A stretch of 64,000 nucleotides of DNA from Tetramitus jugosus (lineage: Eukaryota; Protista; Heterolobosea). The first letter of the stretch is position 1. Each line of letters starts with the position of its first letter. Location: contig OW569348.1 of NCBI GenBank assembly GCA_937625935.1, forward strand, positions 310,001-374,000. Reading direction: 5' to 3'. Positions 1-10,900 of the stretch are shown one piece after another. Made by a program: the position numbers and the translations under genes. The notes beneath the pieces were generated by a model that did not search any database, had not been told where the DNA came from, and saw only the letters and a list, made by a program, of their open reading frames with translations.

Positions 1-2
1 AC

Positions 3-119
3 AGAGACAAGTTCGTAAAGACGTTGGACGCCAATTCAGACGGTGTGGTTGAGTATGATGAATTTGCCCAGTTTTTGGACGGATTCAGAGTGTCGCAAAT
101 TAAGCAATCTGTAAAATAA
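3..119 (+). CDS. C-terminal end of an EF-hand calcium-binding protein (5' part outside window)
   Basis: Manual translation RDKFVKTLDANSDGVVEYDEFAQFLDGFRVSQIKQSVK* contains a canonical EF-hand loop, DANSDGVVEYDE. TAA at 117-119. Confidence 0.7.
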   Translation, partial: RDKFVKTLDANSDGVVEYDEFAQFLDGFRVSQIKQSVK

Positions 120-208
120 AATGATGACAATGACAATGGCGGATAACATAAATTTTAAAGGTTTTCTTCTTTGATAGCTCGAGTGTTTTCTGCAGTGATC
201 TCTCATTT

Positions 209-1291
209 TTATTTCTGTGTAATCAAAACGTCTGACATGACCAGATTGTGATCTGTGCACTCGTTGGAGTCAACAATCGATGCTTCTTTGACTTCAAGTA
301 GGGTACTGTCGGGCTTATGCCATTGCAGGATATAGTCAATTCGTGTGTTGAAACGGCAGGTCGATAGGTCAAATGCAACCTTAATACCATTGACTGCATT
401 ATTTACATGTGGTGGATATTGATTCTTTTTTTGCATGATGCTCTGTAGAATATCAGTGAACTCCATTTGCCTCAAAGTGTTCATGAGACCGAACTGAGGC
501 GATTCCCATGCGCCCTTGGATCTCACACGGGCCACTTCATACAATTCTTCGTCTGAATAATCTCCTCTTGTCAGTGCATTGAAATCTCCCAAGACAAATA
601 TTTGTTCAATCCCCGAATATGTCATATCTCGCATGTGCAAGCGACGATAACGATCTTTCTGTTCATCAATCACAGTACCAACGATACCTTGCGCACTATG
701 GTTTCCACCACGCGCCCAAAAAGACAATACATCTGCAAATTCCTTCCATTGATTCAATCGATTCTCTTCCTTGATATGATCGAGGTGCGTGCTACAAAAC
801 AGTGCAGTCGGAAGTTGAGTCAACTTGATGCACAATATTGCTCGATGACCAACTGCAATTCTCGATACACAGTTGATCGCATCAGAGATTGGATATCTAG
901 ACAACACAGCATTTCCATACTCCTCATAATCCGCATGTCCAAACACAAAATACTTGAATCCACACGCTTGTGCCAACTGTTCCAGACTACTCGCTTCTCT
1001 GCCATCATCATCATCCTCATCACTGTCATCCTTGTTCTCAAAGGAGTTATCGACCCAGACTTCATTCAATGAGAGAATATCAATCTGCAGAGGATCAATC
1101 ATTGCAATCAGACGTTGAAGGTTTGGTTTCATTCGGGAATCGACCCAGTTATGTACATTTAAAGTGGCAATTCTCAGCGTACTTGGTAAGCAAGGAGTTG
1201 GAAAATTGTCTTGTGAGAGACGTGCTTTTTTTGCAGCTCTTTTGGACGTGAATGAGTTGATCGTATGTATGTTGGGGCGAATGATACGCAT
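209..1291 (-). CDS. Endonuclease/exonuclease/phosphatase (EEP) family protein
   Basis: Motifs ATLNVH, LSLNEV, GNAVLSRYP, THLDH, LGDFN, RIDY and TDH. First ATG at 1291; the ORF track starts at an upstream non-ATG codon. Confidence 0.88.
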   Translation of the reverse strand: MRIIRPNIHTINSFTSKRAAKKARLSQDNFPTPCLPSTLRIATLNVHNWVDSRMKPNLQRLIAMIDPLQIDILSLNEVWVDNSFENKDDSDEDDDDGREASSLEQLAQACGFKYFVFGHADYEEYGNAVLSRYPISDAINCVSRIAVGHRAILCIKLTQLPTALFCSTHLDHIKEENRLNQWKEFADVLSFWARGGNHSAQGIVGTVIDEQKDRYRRLHMRDMTYSGIEQIFVLGDFNALTRGDYSDEELYEVARVRSKGAWESPQFGLMNTLRQMEFTDILQSIMQKKNQYPPHVNNAVNGIKVAFDLSTCRFNTRIDYILQWHKPDSTLLEVKEASIVDSNECTDHNLVMSDVLITQK

Positions 1292-1742
1292 CTCGTTTGT
1301 TCTCCTTGTTTGTTTTGTGTTGTGAACAAAAAAGTAGGAACAATTTTTTTTCGAGAACTTTATAAGTTGCGAGAGAGCCCTATTTGCTTGATTCAAACAA
1401 GGAGATGTAGCATTTTTGTTTTTTAATACAACTCAGTTGCTCTTTATTGGTTCGTCAGCTTTCTTAGTGTTTCAATGCATGTTCTTCCGGGGACGCTCGA
1501 AGAGCGTTACCACTATTTACAGTCTTTCGATTGCTGGTAGAGTGTGTGCATCGTACGGATACAACGACTCTTCACCCAGCTCACAAAACTGCGTGCTTTG
1601 CGATGGACTGGTTCCTGCTACATCCCATATTTAACCAACGAGTCCATTACTTAATCAAGAGCCTCGCTTTCGATGCCCACATCCCACAGAGGTACTCCTT
1701 GCTCGTCGTCCTGCGTGTCGGCCAGAGATACCCGTTCCTGAA

Positions 1743-2080
1743 ATTCACCTTGTCGAATCACAAGTTGACAGTTTTCAGCCAGGAGACCCTACTGGTCAGT
1801 AGCCTTGTGTACAGTTTCGCTAGGCAGCTAAGCAGGCTAATTGGCCTATAATTGTCCAGGTTATTCCAGTCGCCCTTCTTGTACGCTGGTATGATGATGC
1901 TGCGCTTCCATTGGAAGTGATAATACGGAAGAACTGAGAAAGTATCACGGATCGGTTTTGAGTGATGCCATTCGTTCCACTGTGCGAGGTGTATCCTACT
2001 CTCTTTGACTTTTTTGTCTTTGAGGAGACAAAGAACATACGGGGACTGATTTGTTCAGATGTCCTTGCTTTCCACAACCA
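1743..2080 (-). mobile_element. Degenerate non-LTR retrotransposon (LINE) reverse transcriptase remnant
   Basis: Minus 1913-1785 translates QWKRSIIIPAYKKGDWNNLDNYRPISLLSCLAKLYTRLLTSRV, a hallmark LINE RT N-terminal block. A frameshifted upstream piece reads SGTNGIT...ILSQFF (PGPDG-like). Downstream FDKVN (KAFD-like) follows a stop. Confidence 0.85.
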
Positions 2081-3117
2081 CTTGCTGAATGTTTGTTGCT
2101 AGTTTTTCGTCTCTCTTCATGTATCAACGAGTCCACTTCTTTTAGGGCCATCAACGTTGGTGTCCTTGTTGAACAACTTCTGCTTTCTCATATCTTTCTG
2201 GGAGGTGGTTCCCATTTCGGTTCAATTCCGGTCCCAGAGTAATCGATTAGTCATCACAAACTTTAAGAATCCTGTATTCAGAAAGTTTAACTCGTGAAGC
2301 TTCTGAATTCCTCGAGCCCTCCAAGAAGAGTTCCAAGTAGCTCCTATCAAAGGGATAGGTCATCTTTCAAATGTCGTGACTGGTGTGTTGGATAATATCA
2401 TGTCATTGGTAAAATTGGCTCTTATATGATCCATGGAAGTGATACTGAGTATTGAATTGAAGTATGTTGAATATATCTTGTCAGAGAGCTCTGTGTTGTT
2501 TGATGGAGATACAGTGTCGCCTAGTAGAGTTAAATTTGTGAAACTGTACGCAGCTTCGTTGTCAAAAGGAGTAGTTCCCCTCTAGGAGCAAAGATGCGGA
2601 TGTCCGAAGCCAGCTGGGGAATGTTGAACGGTTCGCAAGTATACCAATATCTCGCACATGGTAAAAGTTGAGGCCAAGGGAAGAGTTCGCACTTAAAGAA
2701 CAAACCTCTCACCATATTGTCCGTCCTATTGAAGGTATGCAGTACTCAGGCAACTAGAAACATTCTTCTTCCAGAAAACCCACGTCAGCAACAAGTCACC
2801 AAACCAAGGATCTCATTTGGCGGCCAACAGTTCCTTCCAAACAGAGTGTGAAAATAGAGCAATTATTTTGTATCTGTCAATTCGCGCCAAAATAAATTTT
2901 TACCGCCAAGATGTATTCAACAAATTCAATCCCGGCGGAAGATAACAAATTATTAATATGTACTTTCAACATCCAAATGAATACTGTGCGTCCAGATCAT
3001 TCGGAATCTCGGGGAGCGGTATGTGTTACCCGAAATAATGTGTTTGCTACCATAAAATGGTAAGGAATTCCCCAACACAAACACAACAACCACCTACACA
3101 TATACCAATAAGAATCA

Positions 3118-3654
3118 ATGAAGTCCATTCTTGTAACATTTGCCATCTTGGCTGCCATTGTTGTCGCCACCTATGCTCATTGTCCCACCTCTTTCCAACC
3201 TCCTCCATGCGTTGCACAAACTTTCCTTTGGATTGAGAGATCTACCGTTAGTAATGGAGACTTCTCCTCTTTTATTCCAGTTACTCCAGCAGGTCCTGGA
3301 CCCATCAGTTTGGGAGAGTTGAATACTTTTAAATCCACATTGTACGACAGTACTGGAACTGTAGTGATTGGAAAATCTCAGGGAATGTGTACTCTTGTCC
3401 GTTTCGTTGATGACATAGAGTTTACTTCTCAGTGTACATTTGGATTGTATGTTGATGGAGTTCCATTGTCATCTATCCAATTGGCAGGTGAATTTACTGA
3501 AAAGAATGTGACTTCAACTGATGTTCAAGCTATTATCGGAGGTACTGGGAGATTTGCAGGAGCTAACGGAGTTGTCATTCAAGAAACTGTTCCTCCAACT
3601 CCTCCTTCTGACATTATTGAGTTCAGATATACGGTTCAATTGTTGACTGGATAA
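3118..3654 (+). CDS. Secreted dirigent-like (dirigent/allene oxide cyclase barrel) protein
   Basis: Signal peptide MKSILVTFAILAAIVVATYA; motifs IGKSQGMC, SIQLAG and AIIGGTGRFAGANG; intronless, 178 aa. Confidence 0.75.
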   Translation: MKSILVTFAILAAIVVATYAHCPTSFQPPPCVAQTFLWIERSTVSNGDFSSFIPVTPAGPGPISLGELNTFKSTLYDSTGTVVIGKSQGMCTLVRFVDDIEFTSQCTFGLYVDGVPLSSIQLAGEFTEKNVTSTDVQAIIGGTGRFAGANGVVIQETVPPTPPSDIIEFRYTVQLLTG

Positions 3655-4194
3655 ACTGCAACTGTGCATAAATCTGGTGGTGCTAGTGAAATATTCTTTT
3701 TGAGTACTGATGGATTCAACTGTAACTGTGCATTAATCTGGTGAAAGAGATATGCTCCCTGATTGATCTGTATTTCGCAATAACAACCATAATAATTGTG
3801 TATATATCGCTGTCTTTAACAGTCATGAGTGCCACTTTAGGTGCTCTATTCTGTATGAACGTATTGGCTATACCTCTTGTATTATCACTTGTTGCTGTGA
3901 CTATACTGTTGGTAAATCTATCTTTGGGATGTATTGGAAAGGACAAACTAAAATGCACACCACGTAAAGAAAGGTATACATGTCGAGTAGGAAGCCAATT
4001 CACATGCGATAGTCCACAGCCGCATAGAATGATTTGATGCCTCCATTCTTGTGCATGGATCCTTGTAGATGACAAGGTCTTCCTCGTGATTGTCTGTCGC
4101 AAGCAAATCGAGCTTCTTGATGCCATGGTTAGGAATGCGTTGCCAGAATTTTACTCATGGGTTCATTCGTCGATTCAAAATCTCTCTACCTTGA

Positions 4195-5652
4195 TCAGTC
4201 AGCACATGGCGCGTTGAAGATGCTTTGACCCGTCTTGCGAAGCTCCAGCCAAGTGTCAACTGTGGCTTGCGAAGTGAATGCATGCACAAACACTTCACAG
4301 CTTGGATTGACCAACTCGACTGGCAATGGCACACGAATCAAGTCTGTCATTTTCATGAATCGCTTGGCGTAGGTGTTGGATCGAGCATTCGAGTTGGTGT
4401 TCTCGAGTGCCAACATCTTCCATGGAGCAGCTGCTTGATGATAGGCAAAGCAAAACAGTTTGTTAACCAGTCTCATGTCCAGCACATTGTGATGCTTGGT
4501 GAACTGGTGGGGCAGAAAGGAGAGGACATTGCTGATCATGTCAAACGTTTGACCACCCACAACGAATCGAGCAACAAACAAGAATTGATTGTCCAGCACA
4601 GAGGGCATCCTCCACAACTCGACCATCTGGCGCCACGCAAAGAAGAAGGACTTGTTGACGAGCCTCAAACCAAGAAAGTCTCCTCTGTCACTCGAACCAA
4701 CAAAGGAAAAGATGACTGACATAACATGAGCATTCACCAAGAAGGACAGTGCCCACCTCGGTCGTTTTGGACTGTAAGCTTGGAAAGACGTGGGTCTTCA
4801 CGACCTGTAAAAGTATTTTGGGCAAAAGTCCCTTGGTTCTCCCTTCAAGGGAGTTTGGTTTAGGTTTTGCAATGCACTCACGATGCTTCTTGGAAAAGGT
4901 GCACATGACACCCTTGAAGAGGAAGACTAGTTGTTCCAGTGACACACTCAGTCGGTTCATGTCTCTTCGATACTGCTCGACACACTGACTCAAGAAGGAA
5001 GGGCCAGTCACTGCCAACGCGCTAAAGTTTTGTTCTTTTGATGGTACCAACGGTTGAAGGTAATGGACAATCGATTGACAATTGTTTGGAAGACTCTGTG
5101 ACCTGGTGTCGCTGCCAAAAAGTAATCGTTGAGTCCAATGCGCTTGGCTTCGTACAGTGGCTGAGTGTGATCATGCCCGCTCAACCAACCATACTTGCAA
5201 TACAGGCACTCGTGCACAAACAATGCTTGACGATTCTCGAGCAGTGAGTAAATCGGCTTGAACAAGGTCATGTCATGATCCATGTAAACACCCCCATAGT
5301 GAAACAGAATAAAGTAACGAACTGCATCAGCCTGTGAAATCTTGTTCTTGTAGTTGTCATAGTAGGGCAAGAACCACGCATAGTGAGTCAAGAGCTCTCG
5401 TGCCATATCAAGGTTACAGTGCACATGAGGCCATCCTTGTTGCTCGCTCAAGAACTCTTTCTTCGATTGGTTCAAGTTTGAACTTGGCTGGCACATGGGG
5501 ACCGGCTCCAAAGTCAAACCAATCTGATGCAACGCTTTGGGGATTGTTTTTGTCTGTTTGGCTTCAGCTGCCATGGCTGACAAATGAATAGGGATGAGCA
5601 ATGATATTGTTTTCTTCCACTTCACAGAAGCCAACAAGTCTCGTCTATTCAC
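4195..5652 (-). pseudogene. Frameshifted GT32 (DXD sugar-binding) glycosyltransferase followed by F-box-like repeats
   Basis: IPKALHQI and QADAVRYFILFHYGGVYMDHD lie in ORF 5008-5652. The TGP motif (AVTGPSFL) lies in another frame (4688-5050). A third frame (4195-4740) has two F-box-like units (IFSFV...LRLVNKSF, VLSFL...MRLVNKLF). No splice signals obviously join the frames. Confidence 0.65.
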
Positions 5653-5697
5653 ACAACATGTATCGAATCGGTTGGAGACAAGACTACACTGACAACC

Positions 5698-6203
5698 TTG
5701 GACAGGGACTACAACTGTCGCAGTCGAGAGTTAGTCATGAGCAGTGTCGATGAAAGTAACATAAACGACTCAACGGTCACTCACTGGCTGGAAGAGAAGG
5801 GAGTGGGTTACACCACCAGAGACTCTTTCCAAGGAAACAACATGGATGGAGCAACCAGTCGATCGACCTTGAAGCGGTGAAGCAAGCCGTGGGTAAAGAA
5901 ATGACCAAACTTGATCTTCGACTGACCTACCACTCTTGGTCCCACACCATTGAATAAGTGTTGCTTCAAGTGAGTAGCATCATGAGTCTCATTCTATGCA
6001 AACAGCCAATGGCACACAAACCACTGACACTGAAAGAAGAATTGCTCATTTTCAAAACGGCTGCCCTGTTTCATGACACTGGTTTCATTGACAGGTACAA
6101 GAACAATGAAGAGGTAGGTTGCGAAAGGGTACTACTCATGCTCCCTCATCACTTCGTCAGTACAGTGTCAGAACACGTTTCAACAAACTCACATCACAAC
6201 TAG
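5698..6203 (+). pseudogene. Disrupted SAM-domain plus HD-domain phosphohydrolase
   Basis: SAM-like VTHWLEEKGVGYTTRDSFQGNNMDG. In another frame, LTYHSWSHTIE*VLL...AALFHDTGFIDRYKNNEEVG, with an in-frame TAA at 5955-5957 and a truncated C-terminus. Confidence 0.65.
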
Positions 6204-6239
6204 AGAGGAACAGAAATAGAAGCAAGATGCAACATGTCG

Positions 6240-6850
6240 AGTGCGAGCCCGGAATAAAATCACATAAGGACAAGTGATATGGAAAACTCCAACATGTTAG
6301 AGGGAAACCGCATGCAACTGGATGCAAGTGAACACTTTGTGATTCGTTTGGTGTACCAATATCCTTTTGGTTCGATTACAAAAAGCCGGAAGGTCAGAAG
6401 AACACGGACGAGGGAAACTGGTCCAACAACATTGTTGATTACGTCATGGATCTTGCTCGAATGTTACCGGGTTACCATAATGGCAGAAAGTACGTAATCA
6501 CAAAGGATGACCAGTGTTATGGTCATTTGAAAACTGCAATTAAGATTACAAACGATGGACATTTCTTCTCACTTTCGACTCAAGCTAACAGACCTTCTAG
6601 TCTGTTCTCTGATTACCTGCACAAATTTTGTCAAAATCAAGGAGATTCATCATATCTAATCTCGAAGAAACTGAAAATGTTTGCAGTGACAATGTATGAT
6701 TGTAATAAATGATATTTACTTATGAATTTCAGTTCCCCTGAGATTGAGGCCAAACTACCAAACGGAAAGTTTGGTAGAAAGAAAACTGATGCACAGAGAT
6801 TTGTTGAATCACACACATGAAGAGACATGTGGGAGGCCTATGAAAACGAC
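6240..6850 (+). mobile_element. piggyBac-like (DDE_Tnp_1_7) transposase remnant
   Basis: One frame reads LQHVRGKPHATGCK*TLCDSFG...VMDLARML...VITKDDQCYGHLKTA...GHFFSLSTQANRP...FAVTMYDCNK*YLL...WEAYEND. This matches the piggyBac KP.K.G.K..LCDS, DN.Y..GT.R.NR and W.D motifs. Several in-frame TGA stops (6275, 6329, 6710). Confidence 0.7.
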
Positions 6851-7127
6851 TTTTTTTTTCCATACAACATTTGTTGCCCCTTTATTCTATCCACTACAGT
6901 GAGACGTGTTGTCGCTCAGAACCGCAGGTTCTGAGCTATTGTTCACATCTCTTCGCTACTGAGTCTCTCCAGACTTTATGTAACCGTTTGATGCAAGACC
7001 TCTTCATTGCATTCACCAGCCTTTTAACTTTTGATTCCCTCTTCTTGCGACCGTGCACAACCAGCTCCTTCATCAACACATCCTTCTGGTCATCCTCCTT
7101 TCCCATTAACCCCCTATGAAAACGACT
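6837..7127. repeat. 15-bp target-site duplication CCTATGAAAACGACT (6837-6851 and 7113-7127)
   Basis: Exact direct repeat read from the sequence. Confidence 0.92.
6852..7112 (-). mobile_element. 5'-truncated non-LTR retroelement (3' end of ORF, 3' UTR and poly(A))
   Basis: Flanked by perfect 15-bp direct repeats. On the minus strand: an open frame from the junction (GLMGKEDD...LHKVWRDSVAKRCEQ*, stop 6936-6938), a hairpin at 6914-6936, AATAAA at 6881-6886, and an A-tract (T run 6851-6859 on +) abutting the repeat. Confidence 0.78.
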
Positions 7128-7155
7128 GATTTGATAAGGATATTGTTGATGTGGA

Positions 7156-7228
7156 GGGGGCGTGGCTCAGTTGGTAGAGCGCTTCCTTAGCATGGAAGAG
7201 GTCCTGGGTTCGATTCCCGGCGCCTCCA
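7156..7228 (+). tRNA. tRNA-Ala (AGC)
   Basis: Acceptor GGGGGCG/CGCCTCC with G3:U70; D arm GCTCAGTTGGTAGAGC; anticodon arm CTTCC-TTAGCAT-GGAAG; T arm CTGGG-TTCGATT-CCCGG; A73; TTTT terminator at 7232. Confidence 0.97.
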
Positions 7229-7940
7229 CGATTTTCGATCATCGATGCCTTTTTTGTTCGGGTGCCCAGTTTTTATGGCAGTTTACATAGCCCTTGCGAC
7301 AAGTTGTCTGTGTCGGATGAATGTCAATGATATGTTTTCAGTATTGAGGGAAGAGATAAGGCTGAAAGAAAGAAACCGAATAAATGAACCAAAAAGTTAT
7401 TGTAGTCAGTTTAGTATCTGGACGCTTATTGTTTCTCAGATGATAGTGGTTTTTTGAATCAATCATTCCGTAAGGCAATAGGTCGCTCAAGACGCCCCCC
7501 TCTCATGAGCAATTGAATTTAACTCTGAAGTAGATGAGACAAAGAGCAACATGCCATGCATACATTCAAGCAACCCAGCAGATATTGTTCAACCATTTTG
7601 AACAAGATGATAGCCATCATAATCGACAGCTCAGCCTCAACCAAACTCTCATCCTATTGCTCACGGATGGAACTTCAACTGTTGTGATGAATGCTTGGTG
7701 ATTACACGGGATGGTTTAGTATGAATCTCTTCTGGAGAGTTCAGCAATTTGTCAATGAATTTTGTCAACCGCTACCATCAGCTCGTCGTATGCACTTATT
7801 CAGAGAGAAAGTAGAGTTAAGTAATATGAACACTATTAATTTCATACCGATCTTAAAACAACAAACCCATAGATATAGTTACTCAACTGCGTTTAAAAAT
7901 TCAACAGTTCTCAAGTTCTTTTATGTTTATTCTGTTCAAA

Positions 7941-10900
7941 TTAAGATATCTCGTACACAGTTCCATTGTTCGTCATTTTCGTCCAGATCAAAAAGTTACA
8001 ACCCTCACCTCCTGTGGCTTCGGGGGTGTGTTTGTATCGAGACATATTGTGCGTTATGATGAAAACTTTGTCGACATGTTGGGAGGAAATCATTTGTATC
8101 ACCTCATTAACATGATGCTGACCAATCTTGTCAATTGCATCAAACACTTCATCTAACATTAAAAAATTAGATTGAAAGCGACTTTGTTGTCTAACAAGTT
8201 CGAAAAGTGCGAAGAATATCACTAACTGATTCCTCTTTCTTTGTCCTGCTGATCTCTTACCATAATCTTCTCTAATCATAAAATCATAATCAAAAGTAAC
8301 AGGCATCGAATTCGGTCCAAGTAGCTTTGTATACTCGTTCAAGATCATATTCAGGTCGTCAATTGATTGCTCTAATAGAAATGATCTCATTGTGATAAAC
8401 TGATTTTTCTCTACTTGCTTGTTTGTGTGCATGACGGGCAATGGGAGAGGATCTGAATTGTAAGCTGATCCCTTATCACTGATGGGTATGTCATCCACCT
8501 TTCTCGTTCTTCTCTCAAACGCTTTCTCCCAAAAATCATAGCAAGCAACATGATCTTCTACATGAGCAATACTGCGATTTGTATTCTCAATTGATTTCTC
8601 TAAATCACTGATTTGAGAGTGGATAGTGGATATAGCGTGACTCATTTCCTTCAACCTTTCATTCGTGTGTTCCAAGTCGGCTCTATGATGGTAGAATAGC
8701 TTGTTCTTCTCGAGTTGTTGAGTGCGAAGGTTGGTCAGAGTTCTAGATATAACATTATATCCATCCTCAGTTGAGAGCGGCTGAGATACTCCACTCTCAG
8801 AGATCTGTTTTGATATCTGTTCTAACTCTTCTAATCTCGAATTTCTCTCAGCTTCGATCTGTTTCAAGTCGGACTCTATCATAGAGTAATTCATTGTTGT
8901 TGCCATTCGTTTGGTCTGACTTTGTTTCAGAATGTGTAAATTTTGTTTCTTGTGCTGCAGAGCTATTCTCATTTGCTCGTACAACTCACCCTGTTGAGTC
9001 GCATGATGAAGTGAATCTTGATATATGTTAAGATCACCTCGCAACTTTTCAAGAGTACATTCCTCAATGGACTGTGAACAATAAGGACACGAGTGTGACT
9101 CGATCATTTCCTGTAACTTGCGAATTTCTTGATAGAGATGAGGTTCTTGCATTATGTATCCTTGAAGCTCGATTAATGATGCTTCACTCTCCGAGATATC
9201 TTTTTCTAAGAATTCAATCTCCCTCGAAGCCAGCTCGTACTGTTGAGTCATTAATTCATACTCTTGAATCTTGGATTCCATTCTTTGTTTCTTTTCATTC
9301 AATACAGAAAGAGTTTCGATTAATAAATTTCTAGACTGAATCATCCCTTTTGTGGATAAGAACGCCTGATAAGAAGCAATTTGGTCCTCAGCTTGTTTGA
9401 TATGATGATTAATATCGTGAATCTCAACCTTACAATTATCAATTGAAGGAATAATTGCATTTCGTTTCTGCTCAAGGGCCTGTTCAAGTGTCAACGTTCT
9501 AGCAAGACTCTCTCGTAACATCTTCAATCTCTGGTTGAGATTCTCAATACTATAGCCTTGAGCTATCGAATCGTTCTGCAACTTCTTCCGAACAAGTCTA
9601 ACCTCATTGAGGAAATCATCAAACTGATCGAGTCCAAGCAGATGCTCAATCATCTCCCTTCTCTCCTTTGCATCTGAACTCAAAAAATTGAATACACTCT
9701 CACCAACAATGACAGATTTTGAAAATGTATTGAAGTCTATCCCCAGAAGTTGCTCCAACCGAAGTTGTGAGTCTCGAAGAGATCCTCTCTCATACTCACT
9801 CATATAAACATTATCTTTGTAAACTCGAATTCCATTACCCTTCCTGGCTGGTGTGTTTGTGAGCTCAACTGTATCCATATCTGAGTATTTGCGGAATCGT
9901 TCGATCGAATACCCATTTTCAAATTTTACCACTACCCTACAGTTCCTTTTGGTGACATCATTCACGGCAAATGACGCTTTCATGTCTGTTCTTAAAAACC
10001 GATTGAACAGGCACCAAGTAATAGCTTCTAACAAACTACTCTTTCCTGATCCATTATTTCCTTCAATGAACCAAACACCATCATCCATCGTACTCAAGTT
10101 CAACTCGATCAAACCTTGGATGCCGAGAAAATTTTCAATTGTAACACTTTGCAATTTAGCATGGAACATATTACCTCCGATGGGAGATGCTGAACCCAGC
10201 TTTGTAGCTACGTTTCTCATAACCTCTCGTCCCTTATTGATCAATAACTCCTTAAACTCTAGATTGCTAGAAAGATCAAATAGAGACAAATATTCAGGAA
10301 TCAAGTCATCAAAAGATAAATGATTAATCTTTTCGGGTTGACTGATTTTGTCTGATTTTGTTTCTGCTTGATTTATCCTTCTCACAACTATTGAGTGCTT
10401 CTTTACCTGAAGAGCTCCTGCTTTAATTAACTTATCCTTGATTCGATCTGGTACAATATCAGGATTTTCATATATTACAGATACGAACTTGCCCTTGTAT
10501 TGCTCAATTGGTTCTAAATCAGCTTCACTATGAAGCCGAACCAATCGAAATGCGTCCCACGTTGGATTTTGCACAAACTCTACAATCGACGAGTCATTTA
10601 CATTACTTTTGTTCAAGAAGCAAATTCCTCTTCCAGAATCACCTGAATCTCCAAAATGGTGTTGCATTGGTGATCCACAATAAAGAACATTATCGGCTAA
10701 ATAATGGTGATGATGAAAGTGCCCTGAGATTAAAAACTTGAAACGGGTCAAGTAAGACGGAAGGGACTTTTTTCCCTTCATTTCATCATCCGAATGATAC
10801 TTCTTTGTAAATAATTTGTTATGGTTATCTTTCTGATATCTTTGTATTGCGCCTGGGAGAGACAAGTGACCAAAACCCACCATTTTAGAATAATCAAACT

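Noticed and set aside
209-1291. EEP gene as the APE endonuclease of the adjacent LINE remnant
   Set aside because: It lies downstream of the RT in the element's orientation, is intact while the RT is decayed, and has stand-alone EEP motifs (GNAVLSRYP, THLDH).
2280-2810. Possible endonuclease or ORF1 part of the LINE remnant
   Set aside because: Only a vague DVGFLEE similarity amid multiple stops; not supportable by eye.
5955-6820. In-frame TAA/TGA codons as stop-codon reassignment or selenocysteine (eEFSec is in the window)
   Set aside because: Intact genes here end in TAA, TAG and TGA. The interrupted frames also show frameshifts or truncation, and the TGAs are not at redox Cys positions.
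7106-7127. TTAA-CCCC as a piggyBac terminal inverted repeat
   Set aside because: The matching sequence at 6837 is a direct, not inverted, repeat and abuts a poly(A/T) tract. A retrotransposon TSD explains it better, and no inverted partner was seen.
7240-7940. Short ORFs downstream of tRNA-Ala
   Set aside because: No recognisable motifs or repeats; treated as intergenic.
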